From Mobula hypostoma (Eukaryota): 64,000 nucleotides of DNA. The position numbers were made by a program, and so were the translations under genes. The DNA lies in NCBI RefSeq assembly GCF_963921235.1, contig NC_086097.1:26042001-26106000 (forward strand), in the 5' to 3' direction. Below the pieces are notes generated by a model. The model did not search any database and was not told the DNA's origin. It saw nothing but the letters and a program-made list of their open reading frames with translations. Positions 62,682-64,000 of the stretch are shown in pieces; within the stretch, counting starts at the first letter, position 1; every line of letters starts with the position of its first letter.

Positions 62682-64000
62682 GAACCTGTTGGAGACCAGC
62701 CGGACGGTTGTCCTGATGGAAGGGTGCGCTAAGTTGTGAATGGACTCAAAAACCCGCCGGCGTCAGGCTGCTGGGACGACGGGGCGGGGTTGGCTGGTAG
62801 CTACGTCACATAGTAGGGTCCTCTCACCTGGGCCTACGGGGAGGTCTTGGAGCTGCAGACCGGAGACTGCAGTCCTGTAACTGGGGATCTCAGCGCCTGC
62901 CTGCTGTGCCTCTGCCAGCGCTGCATAGTCCACCCCCGGGACAGGGCCTGTATGGTAGGTCTGGAAAGTGCGTCCGCCACGACGTTGTTCTTTCCAGAGA
63001 CATGCCGGATGTCCGTCGTGTACTCGGAGATGTAGGACAGATGTCGCTGCTGGCGGGACGACCAGGGATCGGACACCTTAGTGAACGCAAAGGTAAGCGG
63101 TTTGTGGTCGTGAACGCGGTGAAGGGCCTACCTTCTAAGAAGTACCTGAATTGCCGGATTGCCAGGTATAGTGCCAATAGCTCCCGGTCGAAAGCACTGT
63201 ATTTGAGTTCGGGTGGTCGTAGGTGTTTGCTGAAGAACGCCAGGGGTTGCCAGCGACCCTCGATGAGTTGTTCCAGCATTCCACCGACCGCTGTGTTAGA
63301 TGCGTCCACCGTGAGGGCAGTAGGAACGTCCGTTCTGGGGTGCACTACCCATCACGGCGTTTGCCAAGGCTTCTTTGGTTTTAACGAAAGCGGTTGCGGC
63401 CTCTTCGTCCCAGGTAATGTCCTTGCACTTACCCGACATCAGGGTGAACAGAGGGCGCATGGTTCGGGCTGCTGAGGGGAGGAAACGGTGGTAAAAGTTC
63501 ACCATACCCACGAATTCCTGCAAGCCTTTGATTGTGTTGGGTCAGGGGAAGTGGCGGACCGCGTCTACCTTGGCGGGCAGCGGGGTTGCCCCGTCTTTAG
63601 TAATCCTGTGGCCCAGGAAGTCGATGGTGTCGAGTCCGAACTGGCATTTGGCTGGATTGATTGTAAGGCCGAATTCACTCAGGCGGGAGTAGAGCTGGCG
63701 GAGGTGGGACAGATGCTCCTGCCAACTACTGCTGGCTATGAGGATGTCGTCCAAATAGATGAATGCAAAGTCCAGGTCGCGTCCCACCGCGTCCATTAGC
63801 CGCTGGAAAGTCTGTGCGGCATTCTTTAGACCAAACGGCATTCGGAGGAATTCGAAAAGTCCGAACGGGGTGATAAGTGCTGTCGTCCGGATGTACAGGG
63901 ATTTGATGGTATCCCCGGACGAGGTCTACCTTGGAAAAGATTCTTGCCCCGTGTAGGTTTGCTGCGAAGTCTTGAATGTGCGGCACAGGGTAGCGGTCTG

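Larger units (their letters stand above)
61377..64000 (-). mobile_element. Ty3/gypsy LTR retrotransposon, 3' part (RT-RNase H-integrase, PPT, 3' LTR); runs off the right edge
   Basis: MPFGLKNAAQTFQR, YLDD, DASN..GG, FDRELLA, integrase HVDIVG/SDRGAQF/NGLVE and YEGPF; a few frameshifts and stops; G12 polypurine tract at 61665-61676. Confidence 0.97.

Overview
Eukaryotic, repeat-saturated vertebrate DNA with no prokaryotic genes, operons, CRISPR arrays, rRNA or tRNA genes. The repeat set (CR1/HER1-type LINEs, V-SINEs, Rex-Babar, L1, Penelope-like elements, DeuSINE traces) suggests a cartilaginous fish, probably a ray; this is an inference. Almost every ORF in the track is a transposable-element fragment or an antisense shadow of one. 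Retroelements include a young CR1 ORF2 (1-1968), two L1 elements, a full-length CR1, several Rex-Babar and Penelope pieces, a Ty3/gypsy element running off the right edge and two solo LTRs. DNA transposons include an internally deleted Harbinger, hAT and Tc1 remnants and a fully bounded Academ (AcademX-type) element with TAG..CTA ends, a 4-bp TSD, offset subterminal inverted repeats and XPG/Cys-cluster coding remnants. Structure not visible in the ORF track: (i) an old inverted duplication (6751-9667 vs 33872-48748) whose copies supply each other's empty sites and share a ~425-bp near-identical, conversion-like tract; (ii) a second ~500-bp direct duplication; (iii) minimal hammerhead ribozyme motifs in Penelope ends; (iv) a twin-priming-type 5' inversion in a Rex element; (v) several splice-site-bounded, unidentified minus-strand exon candidates, suggesting the window lies within large introns of a host gene. 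I cannot claim a new biological system; the Academ element, the duplication with conversion and the candidate exons are the best leads. Coordinates were counted by hand and may be off by a few bases.
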